Origin: a virus
Taxonomy: Duplodnaviria; Caudoviricetes
DNA length: 64,000 bases
Virus record (IMG/VR): IMGVR_UViG_3300010338_002626
Location: 2,331 to 66,330 of that record
Direction: 5' to 3' (one strand)
A model generated the notes under the pieces. It was not told the DNA's origin. It worked only from the letters and a program-made list of their open reading frames with translations, and did no database searches. The stretch's first letter is position 1. Every line of letters begins with the position of its first letter. Position numbers and translations under genes: made by a program. This document shows, piece by piece, positions 21,726 to 31,792 of this stretch.

Positions 21726-23069
21726 ATGAAATTAACACAAGGGGAAGAATCTATTATTAAAAAATATTTAACGATTACCAACCCCCTATTTAATCAAAGG
21801 ATAGGATTAGGACTTCAAAATTGGAATATACCGCAACATTTATTTTATTATAAAAAAATTAGCAATAAGATTTTAATACCTATCGGGGCTTTACCGGAAA
21901 TTGTAGATTTAATTGAAAAACAATACCCAACGGCGGAATTCAATATTATTCAAGATAATAGAACCAGTAATATAGATACTAATTATTTTTCAAATGTAAT
22001 TTTTACCGGAAATTTAAGAGATTACCAATTGGATATTGTTAATGCTTGTTTAAATAATATAATCGGTATTATCGAAGCGGCTACAGGAAGTGGTAAAACT
22101 ATATGTTTTATTAATTTAATTATAAAACGAAAAATACCTACTTTAATATTAGTTAATACTGTAGAACTAGCCAATCAAACTATTGATAAATTAATACAAT
22201 TTTCAAATTTATGTAGGGAACAGATAGGACTTATAGGTAATGGCGTTAAAGAAATAAAACCAATAACTGTTGCTCTACATCAATCGTTATCAACAATAGA
22301 GGGGGAAGAATTAGAAAATATAAATAATATCTTTGGTCAAGTTATCGCTGATGAAGTACATATTTGCGCCGCTAATACATATTTTGACAATATGAATAAA
22401 CTAAGAGCAAAATATAAATATGGATTCAGTGCAACTCCACAACGAGATGATGGTTTGACCCCAGTTATACATTTTTGTACAGGTGCAAAAATACATATTG
22501 TTCCAAATAATAAATTAGTGGATTCAGTATTACCTATAGAAGTTCACACGATAGATACTAATTTTCAATATTTATTATTTAGTACTACTGAATATCAGAA
22601 TATGCTTACTTCCCTTGCTATTGACAAAAATAGAAATGAACTAATAAAAAATACATTAATTGAAAAATATAAAGATAAATACATTTGTTTACTGTGCAAT
22701 AGAGTCGATCAAGTAAAAGAGTTAAATAAACTATTAGGTTCAGATAGTATTTATATTACTTCTGAAATGAATAAAAGAGAACGTAAAGAAGCTATGGAAT
22801 TAATTAATACAAAAAAAATAAAATGGATAATATCTACTTATGGTTTATTTTCAACAGGTATAGATATACCATGGCTCGAAGTTATATTTTTCTGCTCTCC
22901 GATGAAAAGTACAATAAAAATTAAACAAGCGATAGGACGTGCCAGAAGGCCATATCCAGGTAAAACAAAAGCAATAATAGTAGATTTTGTAGATAAAAGA
23001 AATGAAATTTTATATGTTCATTTTAAAAAACGACTAAAAATTTATAATCAATTAATCAATAATAATTAA
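21726..23069 (+). CDS. Superfamily 2 DEAD/DEAH helicase (UvsW / ResIII-like)
   Basis: LRDYQ Q-motif, AATGSGKT Walker A, DEVH Walker B, SATP motif III, QAIGRARR motif VI. Confidence 0.9.
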   Translation: MKLTQGEESIIKKYLTITNPLFNQRIGLGLQNWNIPQHLFYYKKISNKILIPIGALPEIVDLIEKQYPTAEFNIIQDNRTSNIDTNYFSNVIFTGNLRDYQLDIVNACLNNIIGIIEAATGSGKTICFINLIIKRKIPTLILVNTVELANQTIDKLIQFSNLCREQIGLIGNGVKEIKPITVALHQSLSTIEGEELENINNIFGQVIADEVHICAANTYFDNMNKLRAKYKYGFSATPQRDDGLTPVIHFCTGAKIHIVPNNKLVDSVLPIEVHTIDTNFQYLLFSTTEYQNMLTSLAIDKNRNELIKNTLIEKYKDKYICLLCNRVDQVKELNKLLGSDSIYITSEMNKRERKEAMELINTKKIKWIISTYGLFSTGIDIPWLEVIFFCSPMKSTIKIKQAIGRARRPYPGKTKAIIVDFVDKRNEILYVHFKKRLKIYNQLINNN

Positions 23070-23071
23070 AT

Positions 23072-23599
23072 ATGATAAAGAAAATTAATACTAATAGCAA
23101 CTCTGTATTAAGAAAAAAAGCCGATAAAGTAGTTCCACTAAAACCAAATATTATTACAGGAAATATAATTGGAGAAAAAATTTCATTTTGGGACAACGAT
23201 GTAATAAACCATATTCAGGATTTAAAAGATACAGCTGCATCATATCCAGATTGTGTTGGGTTATCATCTTGTCAAATATGGGATATTCCCAGTAAAAATC
23301 CATTAGCTATTTTTGTTTTAAAAATTAGTGTAGATGGTGGAAAAACGTTTTATTGGCAAGAATTTATTAATCCAGAAATTAGTACATATGGGGATGAAAT
23401 TGTCGCTTCAGAAAGATGCTTGAGTTTTCCGAATTATGTTGGAAGCATAAAAAGAAAAAAATATTGTAATATAAAATTTAATTTATTAAATTCTATAGAT
23501 AAAATAGAATATAATTTTAACAATGATCAAATGATATTATTTTCTATATTAATTCAACATGAATATGATCATTTACAAGGTAAGACGATAAAGAAATGA
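23072..23599 (+). CDS. def: Peptide deformylase
   Basis: VLRKKA, VGLSSCQI (motif 1 variant), ERCLS (EGCLS variant), QHEYDHLQG metal motif. Confidence 0.85.
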   Translation: MIKKINTNSNSVLRKKADKVVPLKPNIITGNIIGEKISFWDNDVINHIQDLKDTAASYPDCVGLSSCQIWDIPSKNPLAIFVLKISVDGGKTFYWQEFINPEISTYGDEIVASERCLSFPNYVGSIKRKKYCNIKFNLLNSIDKIEYNFNNDQMILFSILIQHEYDHLQGKTIKK

Positions 23600-23919
23600 A
23601 AAATTACGATTTTAATATACCAGATAAAAAAGAATTAGAAAATTATACAGCTCAAAGTTTGAAAAAGAACCTTACTGAATTAAGGAAAAATTTTAGGTTA
23701 ACTCATTGTTGTCTAAATTGTCTTTTTTATAAAAAAATTAGTTACAGTAAAGGAAGATGTATTTTCCCATACTACGATTTAACTATGTTAAAAAAAATAA
23801 TATTAAAATTTCCGCAAGTCATACCAGTTACAGTATGTGATAATTATACGATTAATAATAAATTTTATAAGTCAATCGTATATAAATCTCTACCACCAAA
23901 TTCAAAACTAAAATTATAA
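23596..23919 (+). CDS. Small Cys-rich hypothetical protein
   Basis: CCLNC...GRC...VCD possible metal-binding cluster; translationally coupled to its neighbours. Confidence 0.55.
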   Translation: MKNYDFNIPDKKELENYTAQSLKKNLTELRKNFRLTHCCLNCLFYKKISYSKGRCIFPYYDLTMLKKIILKFPQVIPVTVCDNYTINNKFYKSIVYKSLPPNSKLKL

Positions 23920-23923
23920 TTTT

Positions 23924-25420
23924 ATGACAAAAAAATATGTAAACCTACTTAAATTTTTATATAAAAATTTGGTAAAAAATAATTTAGCTCCATTTTATAT
24001 AACGCACGATACTGCTATAAAATTAAAAGATAGTAAGAATATAGATGAATGGAATATTACAATTTGTACTAATAATATTAAACATTTAAAATCTATATTT
24101 GATATTCAAATTACTGATCAAGATAAAATAGTAACATATTATAATGGTATAAAAATAATTTTTCATTTAATATCATATCAATTAAATAATGATGCAAATA
24201 TAAAAAAATATATTAATAAAATGGATTTCAGTATATTTACTGATTATATTAATATATATCAATTAATAAAAGATAATGCATCATTAAATGATATAAACTC
24301 TTACTATATAACCAATGGTGGATATTTTGATTACAAATCAAAAAAATTAGTACCTATTAAAATTGATAGAAATTCACTTTTACATATTCCTGTTTATTTA
24401 GCAATATTAGGAAAAGATTGGAATTTAATAATGAAGAATAATAATTTATCTTTTCCAGAAAAGGCATTATTATTAAATCCAAAATTTATATATAATCAAT
24501 TATTTGATTTATTTAATTTATCAAATGAACCTAGTATTGCATTTGAGACAATGAGGGAATTTAATATTCTACAATATTTTTTACCAGAATTGAATAATTT
24601 AAAATTAATAACACAAAAATTTAAAGGTAAATTAATCGATGCTTATCAACATACATTATTAGCATTAGATAGTATACCAAAAAATAATGAAAATGCTTTT
24701 TTATTGCGTACGGCAATTTTATTACACGATATTGGTAAATTTTGTAGTAAAGAATTCACTGAAAATGGTATAAATTATTATGGCCACGAATACGCTAGTG
24801 CGATATTAGCTGAACGTATATTATATAGATGGGGATATAATAAATCTCAAATTAATGAAATATTAATTCTAATTCGTAATCATATGTTTAATGCATTTTT
24901 AACTGATAGTAAAAATATACAAAAATTAATATTTAAAGTTGACCCGAAATATATTCACACACTAATTGATTTACGTATCGCCGATTCACATGGAATTATT
25001 AAAAATAATTCAACAAATAAAAAAATTATAAATTATTACGAAGATTTTCGTAATATAGTTAATGATGAATTAAAAAATATTAATCCAGATAATATTCGAA
25101 TTAGAATTAATAATAACGAACTAATAAAATTACTTACATTATATACAGATCAACCTATTTCATTAGTATATAAATATGCTAATAAATATTTACAGACTGG
25201 CATTATACTAGGAGAATTTAAAAATTCATCAAAAGATTTAAAAGATGAAATAAACAATATCTGTTCTATAAAATGTCCTTTAAATTTAATACATTTGTTT
25301 GAAACGTGGACATCAATATTAAATAAATCAGAAGAAAAGACCCCAGATAATAAATTATTATGCGGGATGTATTGTAATTTTATCTGTGATGAAATACGAA
25401 GACAAAAAAATAAGGAGTAA
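23924..25420 (+). CDS. CCA-adding enzyme / poly(A) polymerase-family protein with intact HD domain and degenerate nucleotidyltransferase head
   Basis: FLPELNNL, QHTLLALD, LLHDIGK, YYGHEYASAILAERILYRW, IRNHMF, DLRIADSHG follow the CCA body plus HD domain. Head motifs are altered (KMDFS for RRDFT; DEWNI for DxD). Confidence 0.75.
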   Translation: MTKKYVNLLKFLYKNLVKNNLAPFYITHDTAIKLKDSKNIDEWNITICTNNIKHLKSIFDIQITDQDKIVTYYNGIKIIFHLISYQLNNDANIKKYINKMDFSIFTDYINIYQLIKDNASLNDINSYYITNGGYFDYKSKKLVPIKIDRNSLLHIPVYLAILGKDWNLIMKNNNLSFPEKALLLNPKFIYNQLFDLFNLSNEPSIAFETMREFNILQYFLPELNNLKLITQKFKGKLIDAYQHTLLALDSIPKNNENAFLLRTAILLHDIGKFCSKEFTENGINYYGHEYASAILAERILYRWGYNKSQINEILILIRNHMFNAFLTDSKNIQKLIFKVDPKYIHTLIDLRIADSHGIIKNNSTNKKIINYYEDFRNIVNDELKNINPDNIRIRINNNELIKLLTLYTDQPISLVYKYANKYLQTGIILGEFKNSSKDLKDEINNICSIKCPLNLIHLFETWTSILNKSEEKTPDNKLLCGMYCNFICDEIRRQKNKE

Positions 25421-25429
25421 GTTAAATGA

Positions 25430-26194
25430 ATGGTTATACATCCATTATTTAGCAGCAGTTCTGGTAATAGTTTATTGGTAATTGGAGATAAAGAAACTAT
25501 AATGATTGATTGTGGTGTGACGTATAAAAAAATAAAAGAAATATATTCTGATATTGATAAAGTAGATAAATTATTTATTACTCATTCACATCAAGATCAT
25601 ATTTCAGGAGCTGGTGTTATAGGACGTAAATTTAAATGTGATATTTATCTTTCTGAATTTGCGTATGAAACAAAAAAATCACTATTTAATAATTGTAAAA
25701 TAAATATAATTAAAGGAGGCGATGAAATATTAACAAAAGAATTCAAAATATTTTCATTTAGTACAAAACACGATAGTCATGATAGTTTGGGATTTAAAAT
25801 AACTGAATTGTCCTCAAACGACAAATTTGCTTTTGTAACTGATACGGGTATAATAACTAAATTGATAAAAACAAGTATTGCTGATGCTAATATATATTTT
25901 TTTGAAAGTGACTATGATGAAGAATTAATATTAACATATGATGGATATGATGATATATTAAAAGAACGTATAAGAAGTCCTTTAGGACACTTAAGTAATC
26001 AACAGACATTAGAATATATAAAAACTTTAGATATAGAAAATACTAAGTTAATTCTATTAGGTCATCTAAGTCGAAATACTAATTCTCCCGATCAATTGCA
26101 AAAACGAATTAAGGAATTATTACCTGAAACATATTATGAAAAAATTAAAATAATAACTGAACCATTTGAGAGGATTAATATTAATGGACATTAG
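25430..26194 (+). CDS. Metallo-beta-lactamase-fold hydrolase (YycJ / WalJ-like nuclease)
   Basis: SSSSGNS, MIDCG, THSHQDH, HDS, VTDTG, ESDYD, GHLSN, LGHLSRNTN. Confidence 0.9.
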   Translation: MVIHPLFSSSSGNSLLVIGDKETIMIDCGVTYKKIKEIYSDIDKVDKLFITHSHQDHISGAGVIGRKFKCDIYLSEFAYETKKSLFNNCKINIIKGGDEILTKEFKIFSFSTKHDSHDSLGFKITELSSNDKFAFVTDTGIITKLIKTSIADANIYFFESDYDEELILTYDGYDDILKERIRSPLGHLSNQQTLEYIKTLDIENTKLILLGHLSRNTNSPDQLQKRIKELLPETYYEKIKIITEPFERININGH

Positions 26195-26861
26195 TATAAC
26201 GTTTGATATTGAAACGATACCGTGGCAAAAACAATTTACTGCTGCACAACAAGATCTATTCAATAAGGAATTTACAGAAACTAAAACTAAAAAATATGGA
26301 GAAAAAGAATTATCAGAGGAGGAATTGAATGATTTAGAAATACTCGTAAAAAGTGTAAATCCTTATTTAGGAGAAATTGTAGTTATAGGAATATATATAA
26401 CAGATAATAAACGAGAAGAATTAATCGCATTAGATGGAAATGAATTTGATATATTATCGAAATTTTGGAATATAATAGATGGATTTAATGGTACATTTGT
26501 TTCATTTAATGGTTTACAATTTGATGTGCCGTTTATTATAAAACGTTCAATGTACCATAATATAAAACCAACAAATAATAATTTTCTTAATCTCAGAAAA
26601 TATAGTACATATCCACACTTTGATGTAAAATATATTATGGGGAATTTTAATACATATGCAATTGGCACATTAGATCAATTATGTGATTTTTTAAATATTG
26701 AATCTCCTAAAAATGGAGATGTAAAAGCAGATAGTGTTTTTCTAAATTATATAGAAGGAAAAATTAAGTTAATAAAAGAATATTGCTTAAGAGATGTAAA
26801 AGCAACATATGAATGTTATAAAAGAATAAAAAATTATCAGTATAATATATTTATTAAATAA
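26184..26861 (+). CDS. DnaQ-like / PolB-related 3'-5' exonuclease
   Basis: FDIETIP (ExoI), FNGLQFDVPFI (ExoII), EYCLRDV (ExoIII). Start moved to ATG 26184 (GAGAGGA upstream). Confidence 0.85.
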   Translation: MDISITFDIETIPWQKQFTAAQQDLFNKEFTETKTKKYGEKELSEEELNDLEILVKSVNPYLGEIVVIGIYITDNKREELIALDGNEFDILSKFWNIIDGFNGTFVSFNGLQFDVPFIIKRSMYHNIKPTNNNFLNLRKYSTYPHFDVKYIMGNFNTYAIGTLDQLCDFLNIESPKNGDVKADSVFLNYIEGKIKLIKEYCLRDVKATYECYKRIKNYQYNIFIK

Positions 26862-26877
26862 CCAATCAAAAATTTAA

Positions 26878-27792
26878 ATGAGTTTATTTGCATTAGCAGA
26901 ACCAGTTGCTAGTAGATTAAAAATGTTAGTTTATGGCCCAGCTGGTTCAGGAAAAACTATTACAGCTTTAAGTTTTCCAGATGTAGCTATAATTGATACT
27001 GAAAAAGGTACAGATCATTATGGAAAATATAAAAAATTCTATAGAATACAAACAAATGACCCAATCGTAGTTAAAAGTGCTTTAGATGAATTAATAAATA
27101 ATCCAGGAAATATTAAAACAATTGTTATAGATTCATTTTCTGTTTTATATGATAAAATTATTAATAATTACGAATCAAAACAAAAAATTAAATTAGGAAA
27201 ACCTGATTATGTAATCCAACCCAATGATTATAGATTTATTAACTCTGAATGCAGAAATATTGTTGATAAGTTACTTGCTTTAGATATGAATATAATTGTA
27301 ACATGCAGAATAAAACCAAAATATGCTGAAGGGCAATTTATGCAAGTAACGGGATCAAGGCCAGATGGCCCTAAAGATATAGAACATTGGTTTGATACGG
27401 TATTAGAACTAGAACGTGGACAAGATAAATTTTTAGCAAAAATTATTAAAGATAGAACAAATACATTAGGTAAAATAAATGAAATATTTGAATATTCATA
27501 TCAAACACTTGCAGAAAAAATAGGAATCGAAGACTTAATGAGAGAACCGGTAATTATAAATCAACAAATAAATTTAGAATTAAATAAAGGACGTACAAAA
27601 GTCATAGAATTTAAAGGAAATAAAATTAAAACGGCCGGAATAACAGCTGAGACATTAGAAGAAATTCTAGCACTAGGGATTGACGAAGATAAAATTATGG
27701 CTAAAATACAAGAAGATTATAGTGTTGATAGTTTATTAGATTTAAAAGACGATGAAGCTAAATTATTATTAAACGAATTAAAAGGAGTATAA
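26878..27792 (+). CDS. AAA-family ATPase (AAA_24 / Sak4-like recombination protein)
   Basis: LVYGPAGSGKT, IDTEKG, IVIDSFS; followed by an SSB-like gene. Confidence 0.8.
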   Translation: MSLFALAEPVASRLKMLVYGPAGSGKTITALSFPDVAIIDTEKGTDHYGKYKKFYRIQTNDPIVVKSALDELINNPGNIKTIVIDSFSVLYDKIINNYESKQKIKLGKPDYVIQPNDYRFINSECRNIVDKLLALDMNIIVTCRIKPKYAEGQFMQVTGSRPDGPKDIEHWFDTVLELERGQDKFLAKIIKDRTNTLGKINEIFEYSYQTLAEKIGIEDLMREPVIINQQINLELNKGRTKVIEFKGNKIKTAGITAETLEEILALGIDEDKIMAKIQEDYSVDSLLDLKDDEAKLLLNELKGV

Positions 27793-27795
27793 TAT

Positions 27796-28266
27796 ATGAT
27801 ATTTAATTTTAAAAAAGCAAAAGAAGAAAATACTTTATCCGCAGTACCAGCTAATCGATATATCGTTAAGATGACACAAGTAGAACAAAAAAAATCTAAA
27901 AATACAAATACTCCAATGTTATCAATTGAATTTACTATTTTAACTGGAGAATATAAAAATCGAAAATTATGGCATAGAATTTCTCTCAATACAGATAAGT
28001 CTGCAATTTTTCTATTAAATTTATTATCAGCAGTAAATAGCCCATTAGTAGAATCTGATAATGTTACTATTGAACAAATTTGCAATGAATTAAAAGATAA
28101 AATATGTAGCGTTTATGCAGATGTGAAATTATTTGAAGGAAAACAAATAAATGAAACAAAATCAATTTGTGCATTATCAGACGAAGAAAAATTTATCCTA
28201 AACCAAACAAATCCATTTAGCGCACCTATTCCAGAAACCGCTAAAAAGAAATCAATATTAAACTAA
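27796..28266 (+). CDS. DUF669-type single-stranded DNA-binding protein
   Basis: VPANRYIVK...KSKNTNTPMLSIEFTILTGEYKNRKLW pattern, next to a Sak4-like ATPase. Confidence 0.75.
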   Translation: MIFNFKKAKEENTLSAVPANRYIVKMTQVEQKKSKNTNTPMLSIEFTILTGEYKNRKLWHRISLNTDKSAIFLLNLLSAVNSPLVESDNVTIEQICNELKDKICSVYADVKLFEGKQINETKSICALSDEEKFILNQTNPFSAPIPETAKKKSILN

Positions 28267-28272
28267 TATTCG

Positions 28273-28296
28273 AGGGGCAAAAATTTGCCCCTTTTT
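28273..28296 (+). terminator. Rho-independent terminator
   Basis: AGGGGCAA-aaat-TTGCCCCT stem-loop followed by TTTT. Confidence 0.8.
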
Positions 28297-28313
28297 AATT
28301 TAAGAGGTATAAA

Positions 28314-28544
28314 ATGCTAATATGTACAAATCCTGAATGTGTGGCACATAAACATCCGTCACCAGATAGAGAATTTATATCATTTGATATTTTAAAATAT
28401 AAAATAACTGCAGATGAAAAATTTATAGAAATTCTCGGTTCAACAAGGGAAGAAAATCCAGGTTATTATTGTGCATTATGCGAACATGAGGCGATATACG
28501 ATGAAAATATACAAAACGAACGAGCTGGAGAAGAAACTAAATAA
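28314..28544 (+). CDS. Small zinc-ribbon protein
   Basis: CTNPEC...CALC; GAGG SD upstream. Confidence 0.55.
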   Translation: MLICTNPECVAHKHPSPDREFISFDILKYKITADEKFIEILGSTREENPGYYCALCEHEAIYDENIQNERAGEETK

Positions 28545-28980
28545 ATTACATTTAAAATACAGGGAGGAAAAAAAAGCCTTAATTACTAAAGTACCAGTTC
28601 CATTTAATATTACTGATAAGGGATTAATTGCACAATCCTCAACAGTAGATTATACTGGTTTAATAAGTGGTGGGCTTTTTATTGCTTTTGATGCAAAAGA
28701 ATGCCAGAGTAAAACCAGCTTCCCTATAAGTAATATTCATCAACATCAATTAAATTATTTACGATTTGTTAAAGATTTAAATGGAATAGCATTTTTTATG
28801 ATACATATGAAAAAACTTTATATTGATGAAGTATTTATAACACCAATAACTTTAATTGAAAAATATTGCGATGTTGATTCAAGAAGAAAATCTATACCAA
28901 TAAAAGATTTTAACACACGATGGTTAACACCAATAAATTTATATTTAGAAAAAATCAATGAAATAAAACATGAATTATAA
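28501..28980 (+). CDS. recU: Holliday junction resolvase RecU family
   Basis: STVDYTG, IAFDAKECQSKTSFPISNIHQHQLNYL. Start moved to ATG 28501. Confidence 0.85.
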   Translation: MKIYKTNELEKKLNKLHLKYREEKKALITKVPVPFNITDKGLIAQSSTVDYTGLISGGLFIAFDAKECQSKTSFPISNIHQHQLNYLRFVKDLNGIAFFMIHMKKLYIDEVFITPITLIEKYCDVDSRRKSIPIKDFNTRWLTPINLYLEKINEIKHEL

Positions 28981-29254
28981 ATCTATAGAACAGTTTTATA
29001 AAATTGGAGATATTGTACAAATAGTCACTGATGATAGTGCGCTAATAGGGCGCATTGACGCTATTATTGAAGATAGCTTATATTTAAAATTCTTTAATAA
29101 AGAAAAAAAAGAAGATAAACAATTAATAATAAAATATGGAATGGGGCCAAATGGGGCTGAAGGTATATTAATAAATGTAAACAATATTAAATATATTATA
29201 AAATTAATCGAGGTGTTAGATGAGCAAAACAATAATAAAAATCAAATTAAATGA
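28970..29254 (+). CDS. Small protein with possible Sm / SH3-like beta barrel
   Basis: KIGDIVQIVTDDSALIGRIDAIIEDSLYL...ILINVNNIKYI strand pattern. Confidence 0.45.
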   Translation: MNYKSIEQFYKIGDIVQIVTDDSALIGRIDAIIEDSLYLKFFNKEKKEDKQLIIKYGMGPNGAEGILINVNNIKYIIKLIEVLDEQNNNKNQIK

Positions 29255-29657
29255 AAATGGGATAATGCCAACAAAAGCACATGATACAGATGCAGGTTGG
29301 GATTTATATTCAGCAAAAAATATTAATACTATTGAGATAAAACCACATCAAATTGCATCAGTACCAACAGGTGTTTTTATACAAGTTCCACCTGGTTACT
29401 ATGTACAATTAGCCGAACGTAGTGGAGTAAGTATTAATACCCCATTAAAATTAAAAGCAGGTATTATAGATTCTGGATATACCGGTGAAGTAAAAATGAT
29501 ATTTGAAAATGACAGCCATGAATCTATATTTTTATCACCTGAAATGAAATTAGCTCAAATGATTATACATAAAATCCCAGACGTTGAATTCATTCAAGTA
29601 GATGAATTAGATGATACTGAACGTGGTAAAAAAGGTTTTGGGAGCTCTGGATATTAA
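29220..29657 (+). CDS. dut: Trimeric dUTPase
   Basis: AGWDL, RSG, GIIDSGYTGE, KLAQMI, RGKKGFGSSG. Confidence 0.95.
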   Translation: MSKTIIKIKLNENGIMPTKAHDTDAGWDLYSAKNINTIEIKPHQIASVPTGVFIQVPPGYYVQLAERSGVSINTPLKLKAGIIDSGYTGEVKMIFENDSHESIFLSPEMKLAQMIIHKIPDVEFIQVDELDDTERGKKGFGSSGY

Positions 29658-30454
29658 TGCACTATTATATTGAATATGGTGGTGGATTGGGCGATATTTT
29701 TATGCAAATGATATATAGAGGTTCTTATAATGTATTAAGAGATATGGAACCAGATGATACTGCTCATATCGTTACAATCTGCCATAATCCATTTGTACAT
29801 GAATTATTTTCATTTCATCCTAAACGTAATCAATTTAGGGTGGATTATTTAGATTATTGGGGTGTACAAGATGATGAAAAATATAGGTCTAAACATAATT
29901 TACCACCATCTGGTTCTTTAAATAATTTACCAGAAAAAGATTCATCATTAGTACTTTATCCAAATCAATCTGACATTAATTTTTTACTACCAATTGTAAA
30001 CAAAAAATTTATATTTTTTCATCCGTTTGCAGGAGAAAATAATAGGAGATTTAACAATAATTTAATAAACAATATAATTGAAACTATTTTAAATGAAACT
30101 GATTATAATATAATTTTAGTAGGCCGCAATTACATAAGAAATGATAAAGAAATAGAAAATATAGACATTAATAACGATAGGATAATAAATGCAGTTGATA
30201 GATTATCAGTACCAGGAACTGCTATTTTATTAAATTATTCCGTCGGTATGATATGTACACATAGTTCTTTTAGTATACTTGGCTGGGCAACACAAAAGCC
30301 AATGTTATTATTATACTCTGATGTAGCATATCGCGATCATATTAAAAACAAAACACAATGGGCTTTCGGTATTGATAATGGTTTAACAGTACATAATTTT
30401 CTCGATAAATATACAATTAATGATTTTAATAATTTTAAACAACTATTGAATTAA
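29657..30454 (+). CDS. GT-B fold glycosyltransferase (GT9 / heptosyltransferase-like)
   Basis: GGGLGDIF N-terminal motif; FHPFAG...IILVG...DRLSVPGTAILL...ICTHSS...KPMLLLY C-terminal pattern. Confidence 0.7.
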   Translation: MHYYIEYGGGLGDIFMQMIYRGSYNVLRDMEPDDTAHIVTICHNPFVHELFSFHPKRNQFRVDYLDYWGVQDDEKYRSKHNLPPSGSLNNLPEKDSSLVLYPNQSDINFLLPIVNKKFIFFHPFAGENNRRFNNNLINNIIETILNETDYNIILVGRNYIRNDKEIENIDINNDRIINAVDRLSVPGTAILLNYSVGMICTHSSFSILGWATQKPMLLLYSDVAYRDHIKNKTQWAFGIDNGLTVHNFLDKYTINDFNNFKQLLN

Positions 30455-30455
30455 A

Positions 30456-31160
30456 GTGGAAGACATAACGATATATAAAGATATTTTTAATAAATATTAT
30501 ATTGCAGATACAAATTATATTTGCCAAAAAAAATTAGAAATAAATGTCAAATATAATTCTGATTATATTAGAAATAATTATGAAAAAGATATAATAAAAT
30601 TATTTAAAGCAAAAAAATTAAATAAACTTAGGTGGGAATTTATTAATTCTTATATAACTATAAATCCTGTCGATCGTTTATTAGATTTTGGGTGTGGCAG
30701 TGGAACATTTTTAACTATAGCAAATAAATATTGTAATGCAGTTGGATATGACATTAATGATCATAAAATTAAAGCTAAAAAAATTGCTGATATAAATTAT
30801 CCAAAAAAACATTTTCGCATAGTTACTTTTTTTGATAGTTTAGAACATACAGTATGTCCCGAACATATAATTAACGTGATGTACCCAAAATATATTATTA
30901 TCTCTATACCAGAATGTAACGCAATAAAAAATATATATAATAATACATATGATGTAGATTATAAAAAATTTATCGAATGGAAACATAGAAAATATGGTGA
31001 ACATTTGTATCATTTTAATAGATTTTTATTAGACAAATTTATGAATAAAATGAATTATAAATGTTTAATCCATAGTAATTTTGAAGATTTAATAAGAAAA
31101 CCTATAAATAAATTTGAATCAAATATTTTATCTGCTATTTATAAAAGAATGGAAGAATAA
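30456..31160 (+). CDS. Class I SAM-dependent methyltransferase (Methyltransf_23-like)
   Basis: LLDFGCGSG, GYDI, TFFDSLEH, IISIP, HLYHF; GTG start. Confidence 0.85.
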   Translation: MEDITIYKDIFNKYYIADTNYICQKKLEINVKYNSDYIRNNYEKDIIKLFKAKKLNKLRWEFINSYITINPVDRLLDFGCGSGTFLTIANKYCNAVGYDINDHKIKAKKIADINYPKKHFRIVTFFDSLEHTVCPEHIINVMYPKYIIISIPECNAIKNIYNNTYDVDYKKFIEWKHRKYGEHLYHFNRFLLDKFMNKMNYKCLIHSNFEDLIRKPINKFESNILSAIYKRMEE

Positions 31161-31162
31161 TA

Positions 31163-31792
31163 ATGAACGAGTACGTTGATTTTAATATTTGGAAAACGAA
31201 AATTTTAAAATCCGATGATAGTTATTATCATAATGATTTAGATAATTTTTATAAATATTATACGATAAAAAATACTATCGTAAAAAAATATAAACCATCC
31301 ACTATTGCGGAAATTGGGGTACGTTATGGTTATTCAGCACGTGCATTTTTATATAATAATAATATAAAAAGATATATTGGTGTAGATTATCCAGGTGCTG
31401 GACATGGGGGAGTATCTGAAGATACTTTCCCATATGTTGATACATTATTAACATATTTTTTTCCTGATACAGAAATTATTTTAATAGAAAGGGATTCACA
31501 AACTATCGATCGGCTTCCAAATAATTATAAAGTTGATTTTTTCCATATTGATGGAAATCATTATTATAATGGATGTTTACACGATTTATATCTTGCTATG
31601 AATTCATTAAATGAAAATGGGATAATTCTAGTTGATGATTATATTTTTATAAATGAAGTAAAACAAGCTTGCAATGATTTTGTAGAAAAAGAAAAAGATT
31701 TTGTAAAAAATATTGAAATAATTGATTCATATAGAGGGGAATTTATAATTAAATTAATCAAGTCAAAAAATGGAACAAATACAAATGGATAA
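31163..31792 (+). CDS. Class I SAM-dependent methyltransferase (Methyltransf_24-like)
   Basis: EIGVRYGYSA, DFFHIDGNHYY, GIILVDDY. Confidence 0.85.
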   Translation: MNEYVDFNIWKTKILKSDDSYYHNDLDNFYKYYTIKNTIVKKYKPSTIAEIGVRYGYSARAFLYNNNIKRYIGVDYPGAGHGGVSEDTFPYVDTLLTYFFPDTEIILIERDSQTIDRLPNNYKVDFFHIDGNHYYNGCLHDLYLAMNSLNENGIILVDDYIFINEVKQACNDFVEKEKDFVKNIEIIDSYRGEFIIKLIKSKNGTNTNG

